Shown: in pieces, positions 19,134 through 25,174 of the stretch | Layout of the letters: each line of letters opens with the position of its first letter | Position numbering within the stretch: position 1 is the stretch's first letter | Virus record (IMG/VR): IMGVR_UViG_3300049855_000348 | Coordinates: 1-64,000 of that record | Length of the DNA: 64,000 nucleotides | Direction: 5' to 3' (one strand) | Position numbers and translations under genes: made by a program | The notes under the pieces: generated by a model | What the model saw: only the letters and a program-made list of their open reading frames with translations | The model's database searches: none | Told to the model about the DNA's origin: nothing

Positions 19134-19211
19134 GGTCGGTTCACTGCATGGTGCAGTGTGCGCAAGGACAGTCCCCTAAGCACGGCGGTTCGATTCCCCG
19201 GCTGACCACCA
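19134..19211 (+). ncRNA. tRNA-like RNA with no canonical anticodon loop
   Basis: GGTCGGT/GCTGACC-A-CCA, TTCGATT loop, GC-GCAA-GG..CC-CCTAA-GC in place of the anticodon arm. Confidence 0.7.
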
Positions 19212-19221
19212 TTTTTTTCAT

Positions 19222-19294
19222 CGGCTGGAATAGGTGCGCGTAAGGCATCAGATCCCCTCAAGCGATGGAGGTTCGATTCCTCCCTGGCCGACCA
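19222..19294 (+). ncRNA. tRNA-like RNA lacking a D-arm
   Basis: CGGCTGG/CTGGCCG-A-CCA, perfect GGAGG-TTCGATT-CCTCC, module GC-GTAA-GG..CC-CCTCAA-GC. Confidence 0.7.
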
Positions 19295-19296
19295 AG

Positions 19297-19402
19297 TACG
19301 ACTTCTCGGGTTCCGCAAGGAACGATCGTCCTACTGGCTACAACGGTGAAAATCCGGTGGATGCCAGAGGTGGTGGGATGGCTCACCAAATAAACTGAGA
19401 CT
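19297..19402 (+). ncRNA. Structured RNA A (paralog of RNA B)
   Basis: ACGAC start, CTCGG/CTGAG closing stem, GCAA tetraloop, AATAAA before the closing strand. Confidence 0.55.
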
Positions 19403-19407
19403 CATAA

Positions 19408-19484
19408 GCACCGATCGGCTGGTGGAAAAGCTACCTCCCTTTCAAGGAGATTCTTCGCGGGTTCGACTCCCGTTCGGTGTACCA
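19408..19484 (+). tRNA. tRNA-Glu(TTC)
   Basis: Cloverleaf, loop CTTTCAA. Confidence 0.88.
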
Positions 19485-19590
19485 ACGACGGAGCACAGTG
19501 ATCGAAAGATCGACCGGCTAGGCAACTCGCAAGAGTGCTCGAAAGGGCGGAGTCTAGTGGGGTGTAAGCACCTCGAATAAACTGTGAGTT
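19485..19590 (+). ncRNA. Structured RNA B (paralog of RNA A)
   Basis: ACGAC start, CACAG/CTGTG closing stem, GAAA and GCAA tetraloops, AATAAA. Confidence 0.55.
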
Positions 19591-19592
19591 AT

Positions 19593-19666
19593 GGTCCTTT
19601 CTGTCAGTGGCAGGCAGCCTGATTCTCAGTCAGACAACGTCGGTTCGATTCCGACAAGGACTACCA
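19593..19666 (+). tRNA. tRNA-Glu(CTC)
   Basis: Cloverleaf, loop TTCTCAG. Confidence 0.88.
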
Positions 19667-19669
19667 GCA

Positions 19670-19767
19670 AGAGCGGGACACTGGTTCGAGGCCAGTCATC
19701 GCAAGATGTAGCTCAGGGTGAAAACGTAAGGCATCAAACCCCCAAGTAATCCGGAAGAGCACGCTCT
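19670..19767 (+). ncRNA. Permuted (T-AS-D order) tRNA mimic with inserted module
   Basis: AGAGCG/CGCTCT closing; CTGG-TTCGAGG-CCAG; CATC-GCAA-GATG; TA-GCTC...GAGC. Confidence 0.55.
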
Positions 19768-19771
19768 ATTT

Positions 19772-19849
19772 GTTCCTGAGGACTAACGGCTAGGTCACCT
19801 CCCTGTCACGGAGTCATTCAAGTGGGTTCAACTCCCATCAGGAACGCCA
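19772..19849 (+). tRNA. tRNA-Asp(GTC)
   Basis: Cloverleaf, loop CTGTCAC, G73. Confidence 0.9.
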
Positions 19850-19853
19850 ACAT

Positions 19854-19927
19854 CCACGCTTCGTCTAATGGCAGGGCACCGATCTGATACGTCGGATACC
19901 AAGGTTCGATTCCTTGAGCGTGGACCA
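19854..19927 (+). tRNA. tRNA-Ile(GAT)
   Basis: Cloverleaf, loop CTGATAC. Confidence 0.88.
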
Positions 19928-19941
19928 CTTCAGTTTCACAT

Positions 19942-20016
19942 TGTGGGATGGCCTATGTGGTAGGGCACCCGGTTGTTACCCGGACTATACTGGTTCGACT
20001 CCAGTTCCCACAGCCA
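19942..20016 (+). tRNA. tRNA-Asn(GTT)
   Basis: Cloverleaf, loop TTGTTAC. Confidence 0.92.
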
Positions 20017-20021
20017 CTTTT

Positions 20022-20097
20022 GGGGTCGTAGCTCAATTGGCAGAGCACCTGTTTTGCACGCAGGATGTTAGCGGTTCAAGTCCGCTCGATTCCACCA
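20022..20097 (+). tRNA. tRNA-Ala(TGC)
   Basis: Cloverleaf, G3:U70. Confidence 0.95.
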
Positions 20098-20167
20098 CGC
20101 GGGAGTAATCTGAGAAATCAGAGAGAATTACCAGCCTCACAGCCGGCAAGGAGTAGACTGTGGTTTT

Positions 20168-20243
20168 GGGGAGTTAGCTCATCTGGTAGAGCGCGAGCAT
20201 GGCATGTTCGAGGCGAGGAGTTCAAGTCTCCTACTCTCCACCA
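20168..20243 (+). tRNA. tRNA-Ala(GGC)
   Basis: Cloverleaf, G3:U70. Confidence 0.92.
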
Positions 20244-20256
20244 CTTTCAATCATAC

Positions 20257-20340
20257 GGGCGGCGATATCTCAGAAGCGTAAGGATGATCCCCCAAGTTAT
20301 GAGAAAATCCTATGGGGTGAAAGCCCTCAACTGTCCACCA
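20257..20340 (+). ncRNA. tRNA-like RNA with an Ala-type acceptor (G3:U70, A73, CCA) and a TGAAAGC T-loop
   Basis: GGGCGG/CTGTCC-A-CCA; TGGGG-TGAAAGC-CCTCA; module GC-GTAA-GG..CC-CCCAA-GT. Confidence 0.6.
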
Positions 20341-20342
20341 CT

Positions 20343-20432
20343 CGATCGGAACGTCAGTCGCAGCGTAAGGCTTTTATCAAATCCCCAAGCTGTGCAGTAA
20401 CGCAACTGCTGGTGAAAGACCAGCCTGATCAC
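20343..20432 (+). ncRNA. tRNA-like RNA with a TGAAAGA T-loop and no encoded CCA
   Basis: GATCGG/CTGATC; GCTGG-TGAAAGA-CCAGC; module GCAGC-GTAA-GG..CC-CCAA-GCTGT. Confidence 0.55.
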
Positions 20433-20440
20433 TCTTCAAA

Positions 20441-20523
20441 CGAAACCCTGGCGGTGAAAAACCGCTTCCTCGGCGCATCCCCTACGTTGGTCTACCTCTG
20501 AAGTTTATCGACCCAGGGCTTCG
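20441..20523 (+). ncRNA. Structured RNA with a T-loop-like first hairpin
   Basis: CGAAACCCTGG/CCAGGGCTTCG closing; GCGG-TGAAAAA-CCGC. Confidence 0.45.
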
Positions 20524-20602
20524 TGTTTCTGCTAGCTAGATTCATGGGTACCATCAGCGACATCGACGATCAACTCTACGTTCAGCACATCAAGTAACGC
20601 AT

Positions 20603-20677
20603 ACGTCGATAGCTCCAATGTAGAGCGACGGTTTCCAAAACCGTTGGTTGGGGGTTCAAGTCCCTCTCGACGTGCCA
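20603..20677 (+). tRNA. tRNA-Trp(CCA)
   Basis: Cloverleaf, loop TTCCAAA. Confidence 0.92.
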
Positions 20678-20682
20678 TTCAC

Positions 20683-20757
20683 TGAGAGATAGTTCAACGG
20701 TAGAACGCTGCCCTCTGGAGGCAGATGCTAGAGGTTCGAGTCCTCTTCTCTCAACCA
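20683..20757 (+). tRNA. tRNA-Gln(CTG)
   Basis: Cloverleaf. Confidence 0.95.
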
Positions 20758-20760
20758 CAC

Positions 20761-20835
20761 TCAGGAATAGTTCAACGGTAGAACGCTGACCTTTGGAGTC
20801 AGTTGCTCCAGGTTCGAGTCCTGGTTCCTGAACCA
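20761..20835 (+). tRNA. tRNA-Gln(TTG)
   Basis: Cloverleaf. Confidence 0.95.
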
Positions 20836-20843
20836 TTTCACAT

Positions 20844-20922
20844 CTGCGTGTAGCTCAGCCTGGAACAGAGCACTTGCCTTGGGAGCAAGGGGTCGGAGGT
20901 TCAAATCCTCTCACGTAGACCA
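20844..20922 (+). tRNA. tRNA-Pro(TGG)
   Basis: Cloverleaf, loop CTTGGGA. Confidence 0.92.
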
Positions 20923-20927
20923 TTCAT

Positions 20928-21009
20928 GACGGTCGAGTCGAAAGTCGGGCGCTCCGGCATCAGATTGCAACCCTGATGACAGGTGGTTGAACTCCACCGA
21001 TCGTCTCCA
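20928..21009 (+). tRNA. tRNA-Cys(GCA) with an enlarged D-arm
   Basis: Loop TTGCAAC, U73, D region about 8 nt longer than normal. Confidence 0.8.
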
Positions 21010-21014
21010 TTCAC

Positions 21015-21090
21015 GTGTGTGTATCTCAGTGGCTAGAGAGCTTCCTTGCCAAGGAAGAGGTCGCAGGTTCAAGTCCTGTCACACACTCCA
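21015..21090 (+). tRNA. tRNA-Gly(GCC)
   Basis: Cloverleaf, U73. Confidence 0.95.
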
Positions 21091-21093
21091 ACA

Positions 21094-21160
21094 GGGGCAA
21101 ATGCGGGTTCAACTCCCGCTGCGACTTCGGTCGTATCGTCTAACCCGGTAGGACGGCCCC
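21094..21160 (+). ncRNA. Circularly permuted tRNA fold (YrlA/Y-RNA-like T-AS-D order); structure may extend to about 21280
   Basis: GGGGC-AAAT-GCGGG-TTCAACT-CCCGC-TGCGAC-TTCG-GTCGTA-TC-GTCT-AACCCGGT-AGGAC-G-GCCCC. Confidence 0.75.
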
Positions 21161-21282
21161 ACCCCGTGCGGATTGGATACCCGCACGGAATCCGAAGTCC
21201 TCAGGTTCAAGCCAAGGCAACCGCTCGCCGAGCGGAATACAAAATGCGGCTAGAGCAGGGGAGCACGAACGTGGCCCCGTTT

Positions 21283-21356
21283 GCCGATGTAGGTCAATGG
21301 TAGATCTGCTGCCTTCCAAGCAGAGGACGCGGGTTCGATTCCCGCCATCGGCTCCA
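21283..21356 (+). tRNA. tRNA-Gly(TCC)
   Basis: Cloverleaf, U73. Confidence 0.92.
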
Positions 21357-21360
21357 TCAT

Positions 21361-21436
21361 GTGTGCCTAGCTCAATGGATAGAGCATCTGACTACGGATC
21401 AGAAGGTTGAAGGTTCGAGTCCTTCGGTACACGCCA
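21361..21436 (+). tRNA. tRNA-Arg(ACG)
   Basis: Cloverleaf. Confidence 0.95.
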
Positions 21437-21469
21437 TTGCATAGCGATCTTTTTGGCTAGCATGTAACC

Positions 21470-21997
21470 ATGTCACTCAAAGATGCCCTCTTTCACTTTC
21501 GTGATCTTGGTTACTACGTTGATGATCAAGGAAATGTATTCAACCCAAGAGGAAAGATTCTTCGGTGTTCAACAAACAAAGATGGTTACAAAAGAATTAC
21601 CACAAGAATGAGAAATCATCCAGTTCATGGGGATTGGTGCCCTAAGGTTGAGGTTCACCGTCTTGCCGGTTATCAGAAGTTCGGAGACAAAATCTTCACC
21701 GAAGGACTTGAGATCTGTCACGATGATGGCGATAAGCGAAACAACGCCAAAGACAATCTGCGACTCGATACGCACAAAAGTAATATGATGGATGTTCCTC
21801 AAGAGGTAAGGATCAATAGAGCAAGACGTGCTGGTAGAGAACATGCCAAGCTAACAGATGAGCAGGTTGCTCACATTCGTTCATCTGGCATGACTCTGAA
21901 ACAGATCATGCAAACATACGGTATCAGTAAGTCTGGTGCCTCCTACGTCAGATCAGGAAAGACTTACGCCAGCCCGTGTATCCCCTCGCTTTCCTAA
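21470..21997 (+). mobile_element. HNH homing endonuclease inserted in the tRNA array
   Basis: VHRL...ICHDDGDKRNN..DNL, C-terminal HTH-like segment; AT-richer than its flanks. Confidence 0.85.
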
Positions 21998-22051
21998 AGC
22001 GGTGAAAGGGTAACTGGACACATGCAGGTTCAAATCCTGCCTCGGGTACCA
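21972..22051 (+). tRNA. Non-canonical rewired tRNA-Arg(CCT)-like, 80 nt
   Basis: Acceptor stem, T-arm and CCA; anticodon arm TCGCT-TTCCTAA-AGCGG nested inside CCC/GGG; AACTGG lies 3' of it. Confidence 0.7.
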
Positions 22052-22054
22052 CAT

Positions 22055-22132
22055 CGGGGTCCTAGTACGGGAGTGTCTGCATACCATTCGGTCACTACAG
22101 CCTCGGCGGTTCAATCCCGCCAACCTCGACCA
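22055..22132 (+). ncRNA. tRNA-like RNA lacking a D-arm (G3:U70, A73, CCA)
   Basis: CGGGGT/ACCTCG; GGCGG-TTCAATC-CCGCC; single long bulged arm ending in loop TCTGCATAC. Confidence 0.6.
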
Positions 22133-22135
22133 CAT

Positions 22136-22211
22136 GCGATCGTATTTCAATTGGAAGAACACCACCCTCCGAAGGTGGAAGGTGCAGGTTCGAGTCCTGC
22201 CGATCGCGCCA
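22136..22211 (+). tRNA. tRNA-Arg(CCG)
   Basis: Cloverleaf. Confidence 0.92.
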
Positions 22212-22214
22212 TCT

Positions 22215-22290
22215 GGTGACGTAGCTCAATGGACAGAGCTTCCAGCTTCTACCTGGATGGTTGGAGGTTCGAGTCCTCCCGTCATCGCCA
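22215..22290 (+). tRNA. tRNA-Arg(TCT)
   Basis: Cloverleaf. Confidence 0.95.
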
Positions 22291-22294
22291 TCAT

Positions 22295-22369
22295 GCTGCC
22301 ATAGCCGAGTGGTAAGGCACTTCATTCGTAACGAAGAGACCGGGTGTTCGATTCACCCTGGCAGCACCA
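22295..22369 (+). tRNA. tRNA-Thr(CGT)
   Basis: Cloverleaf. Confidence 0.9.
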
Positions 22370-22373
22370 TCAC

Positions 22374-22449
22374 GCCCCCATAGCTCAGTTGGTAGAGCAA
22401 CAGTTTTGTAAACTGTAGGTCGTCGGTTCGATCCCGACTGGTGGCTCCA
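22374..22449 (+). tRNA. tRNA-Thr(TGT)
   Basis: Cloverleaf. Confidence 0.93.
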
Positions 22450-22456
22450 TTTTCAC

Positions 22457-22530
22457 GCTGCTATAGTTCAGTGGTAAAACACGTCCTTGGTAAGGACGAG
22501 CCCCAGGTTCAATTCCTGGTAGCAGCACCA
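22457..22530 (+). tRNA. tRNA-Thr(GGT)
   Basis: Cloverleaf. Confidence 0.93.
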
Positions 22531-22535
22531 TTCAT

Positions 22536-22611
22536 CCATCAGTAGCGTAATTGGCAGCGCAGCGGGTTTTTACCCCGTGGGTTGTGAGTTCGACTCTCAC
22601 CTGATGGACCA
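22536..22611 (+). tRNA. tRNA-Lys(TTT)
   Basis: Cloverleaf. Confidence 0.92.
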
Positions 22612-22617
22612 TCGCAT

Positions 22618-22693
22618 GCATCCATAGCTCAACTGGCAGAGCACTCGGTTCTTACCCAAGGGGTTGGAGGTTCAAATCCTCCTGGATGCACCA
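22618..22693 (+). tRNA. tRNA-Lys(CTT)
   Basis: Cloverleaf. Confidence 0.92.
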
Positions 22694-22707
22694 TCATTAC
22701 ATAAGTC

Positions 22708-22941
22708 ATGCCAGCATGGAAATGGATGATCCTGAAGTTCTGTACCAGAGCGCATTTCATGCGGCTCATAGCAACCTTGATCATCCTCATCGCAGGCTTT
22801 CAATCTCTCTACTACCAGAAGATTGAAGACACGTGGTTGATCCTGGTTGGTGCAGTGATGAACCACTACTTCAACCACAAAGAAGCTGCGAACGTCACGG
22901 AAGAAGACAAGAATCCGGACGACGAATGCAAGGTCGGTTAG
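22708..22941 (+). CDS. Small two-TM membrane protein embedded in the tRNA array
   Basis: Two hydrophobic segments and an acidic tail; the stop codon lies inside tRNA-Val. Confidence 0.55.
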   Translation: MPAWKWMILKFCTRAHFMRLIATLIILIAGFQSLYYQKIEDTWLILVGAVMNHYFNHKEAANVTEEDKNPDDECKVG

Positions 22942-23006
22942 TTCAGCGGTAGAACGCTTCTCTTACACGGAAGATGTCGGGGGTTCGATCCCCTCACCGA
23001 CTACCA
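22932..23006 (+). tRNA. tRNA-Val(TAC)
   Basis: Cloverleaf. Confidence 0.93.
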
Positions 23007-23011
23007 CTTGC

Positions 23012-23091
23012 CGGTCTGTATCGGCTCGGTCTTATAAGCCGTCGAAACCGTAATTGGTTACATGAGGGTTCGACTCCCTCCAGACCGACCA
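23012..23091 (+). tRNA. Non-canonical rewired tRNA-Ile(TAT)-like, 80 nt
   Basis: Same segment lengths as 21972-22051; loop CTTATAA; CGG/CCG covaries with CCC/GGG. Confidence 0.75.
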
Positions 23092-23126
23092 CAAGGCTTC
23101 CACGATTCCCCTCCAAGGAGAACGCC

Positions 23127-23678
23127 ATGGCACCCGGTGCCTGCATAGTGCTGAACAACTCGTATGCCTTCCTCTCGATCAACAACTGGTTCGAGGCGAT
23201 GCGTCTCGTCGTCCGTGGCCGCGCCGTGCCGCTGGCAAACTACGAGACCAAGATCCGGGCAGAGCGTGAAGAGTTCGACGCACCAGCAGTCGTGATGCTG
23301 AAGCACCACGTGAACCTGGGGCGGAGAAGGCAACCTTTCACCCTGCCATCACATCGCAACATCTGGGTCCGTGATGGTGGGCACTGCGCCTACTGCAATC
23401 ACCCGCTGACGCTGCGGACAGTGACCAAGGAACACGTGATGCCCAGGTCACGCGGTGGAGAAGACAGCCTCTTGAACGTCGTGTCCGCCTGTGGCGACTG
23501 CAACGCCAAGAAGTCGAACCGCACGCCGGCAGAAGCCGGCATGAAGTTCCGTGACGGCATCGAACTGCGTCACCTCAACGATGAGGAGAAGCTGACGGTG
23601 CTGCTCAAGACCTCCCAGAGCCACGAACGGAAGACGTGGCTGGGGTTCCTCAAGAAGCAGGGTCTGACGCTGTTCTGA
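23127..23678 (+). CDS. HNH endonuclease (McrA-like)
   Basis: VLNNSY, RNIWVRDGGHCAYC, T.EHV.PRSRGG, NVV.AC..CN.KK.NRTP; SD AAGGAG. Confidence 0.88.
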   Translation: MAPGACIVLNNSYAFLSINNWFEAMRLVVRGRAVPLANYETKIRAEREEFDAPAVVMLKHHVNLGRRRQPFTLPSHRNIWVRDGGHCAYCNHPLTLRTVTKEHVMPRSRGGEDSLLNVVSACGDCNAKKSNRTPAEAGMKFRDGIELRHLNDEEKLTVLLKTSQSHERKTWLGFLKKQGLTLF

Positions 23679-23844
23679 CGGATGTTGTGCCTCCGGCTCT
23701 GATCGCTTGATCACAGTCGGAGGCGAACCGTCGAACGGACTCCCGATCGTTCCAGTTGAAGGTCCATTCGTGAACCTCTCCGCTGGATGTGGTGATGGTT
23801 CCGATCACGAGTAGAGTGCCGGATGGATAGGGGCGTGCTGGCAT
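23650..23844 (-). CDS. Hypothetical protein
   Basis: 64 aa downstream of the release factor gene. Confidence 0.45.
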   Translation of the reverse strand: MPARPYPSGTLLVIGTITTSSGEVHEWTFNWNDRESVRRFASDCDQAIRAGGTTSVRTASDPAS

Positions 23845-23896
23845 ACCGGTGAAGTCTACAGACTAGCACCGATTGCAAGTCGTCTGGGTGTGAAGT

Positions 23897-24578
23897 TCAC
23901 TCCATCAAGCCGTCCAGGTCCCCCTTCATCCAAGCACGCACCGTGATGGATCGCCCTGTGCGGTGGTCCCTCACGTTGTCGTTCTGCACCTGGATGGTGC
24001 GGATCTTGTCACCACGCTCGCCGGAGCCTATCTGCTGCCGGCGATCGTCGTTTTGATCGGTATGGTGTTGGGTAGCGATGCCCCCCGCCAGACGCTCCTG
24101 TAACAGGGCCATGGCAGCATGCTTGTTCGACAACTGGTGGCGCTCTTTGTCGGCACGGACAGTCATGCCCGTCGGACGATGGGTGATCTGCACACCCGAC
24201 TCAGTCTTGTTGCGGTGCTGACCACCTGGGCCAGATCCACGGACGGTGATGATATCCAGGTCGCGTTCATCCAGCACGAACTTCTGCTGCTGGCTTCCAT
24301 CGATCACCGCCACGGTGACCGTCGAGCTATGGACACGACCCTTGCGCTCAGTGGGTGGAACCCGCTGCCAACGATGGCCGCCTGCTTCTTGGCTGAAGGC
24401 TTCTTTGGCTCCCTTACCAGTAACGGTGAGCCGCAGAAAGCCGTGAGACTCTTGATCCACTACAACTTCAAAGACCCCTCCGCGCTCCCCATTTGCGATA
24501 GATGGTGAGGTGTTCGCGCACGAGCAATCGTGCGTCCTCGCCGCCTTCAGCGGCTCTGATTTCGAGGTGGATAGTCAT
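23897..24578 (-). CDS. Class I peptide chain release factor lacking domain 1 (about 226 aa), needing a +1 programmed frameshift at 24468-24473
   Basis: Frame 0: MTIHLEIRAAEGGEDA...RRGL-TGA. +1 frame: EVVVDQ...EAGGHRWQRVPPTERKGRVHSSTVTVAV...GSGPGGQHRNKTESGV..KIRT. Confidence 0.88.
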
Positions 24579-24619
24579 GACGGGCTTGTAGCAGGTGGGT
24601 GACTAGATTCAACGAGCAC

Positions 24620-24647
24620 TTGACATAGACCTTTTGGTCGCTAATAG
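24620..24647 (+). promoter_or_regulatory. Class I promoter
   Basis: TTGACA-N16-TAATAG, ATG 6 nt downstream. Confidence 0.8.
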
Positions 24648-24653
24648 TAAGCC

Positions 24654-24872
24654 ATGGCAAGCGATCCGCAGCAGATCTCAATCGACAAACAGATCGAGCA
24701 ATCTCGCATCATCAAGAATCTGACTGCCAACAACAATCAGCTTCGCTCGGCGCTCAAGAAGTGCCTCAACGTGTTGAGTGGTGAGGATCTAAATAAGGAT
24801 TGTCTGATCAGGGCTTTAGAAGCCGGTCGAGACGCCTTGCAGAACCAAAAAACACAGAAGAAAAAATCATGA
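24654..24872 (+). CDS. Hypothetical early coiled-coil protein
   Basis: Leaderless start after the promoter. Confidence 0.65.
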   Translation: MASDPQQISIDKQIEQSRIIKNLTANNNQLRSALKKCLNVLSGEDLNKDCLIRALEAGRDALQNQKTQKKKS

Positions 24873-25174
24873 ACGACACCCCCGAGCCCGCTCCTGTTCT
24901 CTTCACCCTCGAAAACATCAAGTCAATCGTCGACTGGCAGTTGGCTGGCTTCGTCCATCCGCTGACCTGTGGGAACGACAGTAGCCACCCCGATCTGTTG
25001 CCGACCATGGGAGAGGTTCTTCCATACGCACCCGGCAATGTGACCATGGCCCTGGTCTGTGTTCAGTGCGGCTACAAGCAGACGCACATCCCTGAAACCT
25101 GCATCACCAGCCCTCGTGACCCGGCGTGGTTGCAGATGCGTGATATGCTCAGCGGGAAGAGCAGTCCGGGATGA
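24869..25174 (+). CDS. Hypothetical protein with Cys pairs (HPLTCG...CVQCG)
   Basis: ATGA overlap chain. Confidence 0.65.
   Translation: MNDTPEPAPVLFTLENIKSIVDWQLAGFVHPLTCGNDSSHPDLLPTMGEVLPYAPGNVTMALVCVQCGYKQTHIPETCITSPRDPAWLQMRDMLSGKSSPG

Noticed and set aside
19295-19590. Theta (HDV-like) ribozymes at tRNA 3' ends
   Set aside because: The position fits, but I could not trace the nested double pseudoknot or catalytic C; kept as unknown RNAs
20257-20600. Canonical or two-piece tmRNA
   Set aside because: The Ala-type acceptor encloses only about 60 nt, with no resume codon, tag ending in ALAA-like residues or pseudoknot series evident
17918-21198. Shared 12-mer GGAATCCGAAGT in two ncRNA spacers as a Ro60-binding site
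   Set aside because: One 12-mer match in about 5 kb is near chance expectation, and the complementary strand of a Ro helix is not convincing
18419-22325. ORF-track entries overlapping tRNA genes (e.g. 18836-19081, 20065-20400, 21046-21303), also 40151-40926
   Set aside because: They are translations of tRNA cloverleafs or their antisense strands
23897-24460. PrfH or ArfB assignment
   Set aside because: It has the RF1 PxT loop and RF domain 2/4 sequence rather than the PrfH-type loop, and it lacks the ArfB basic tail architecture
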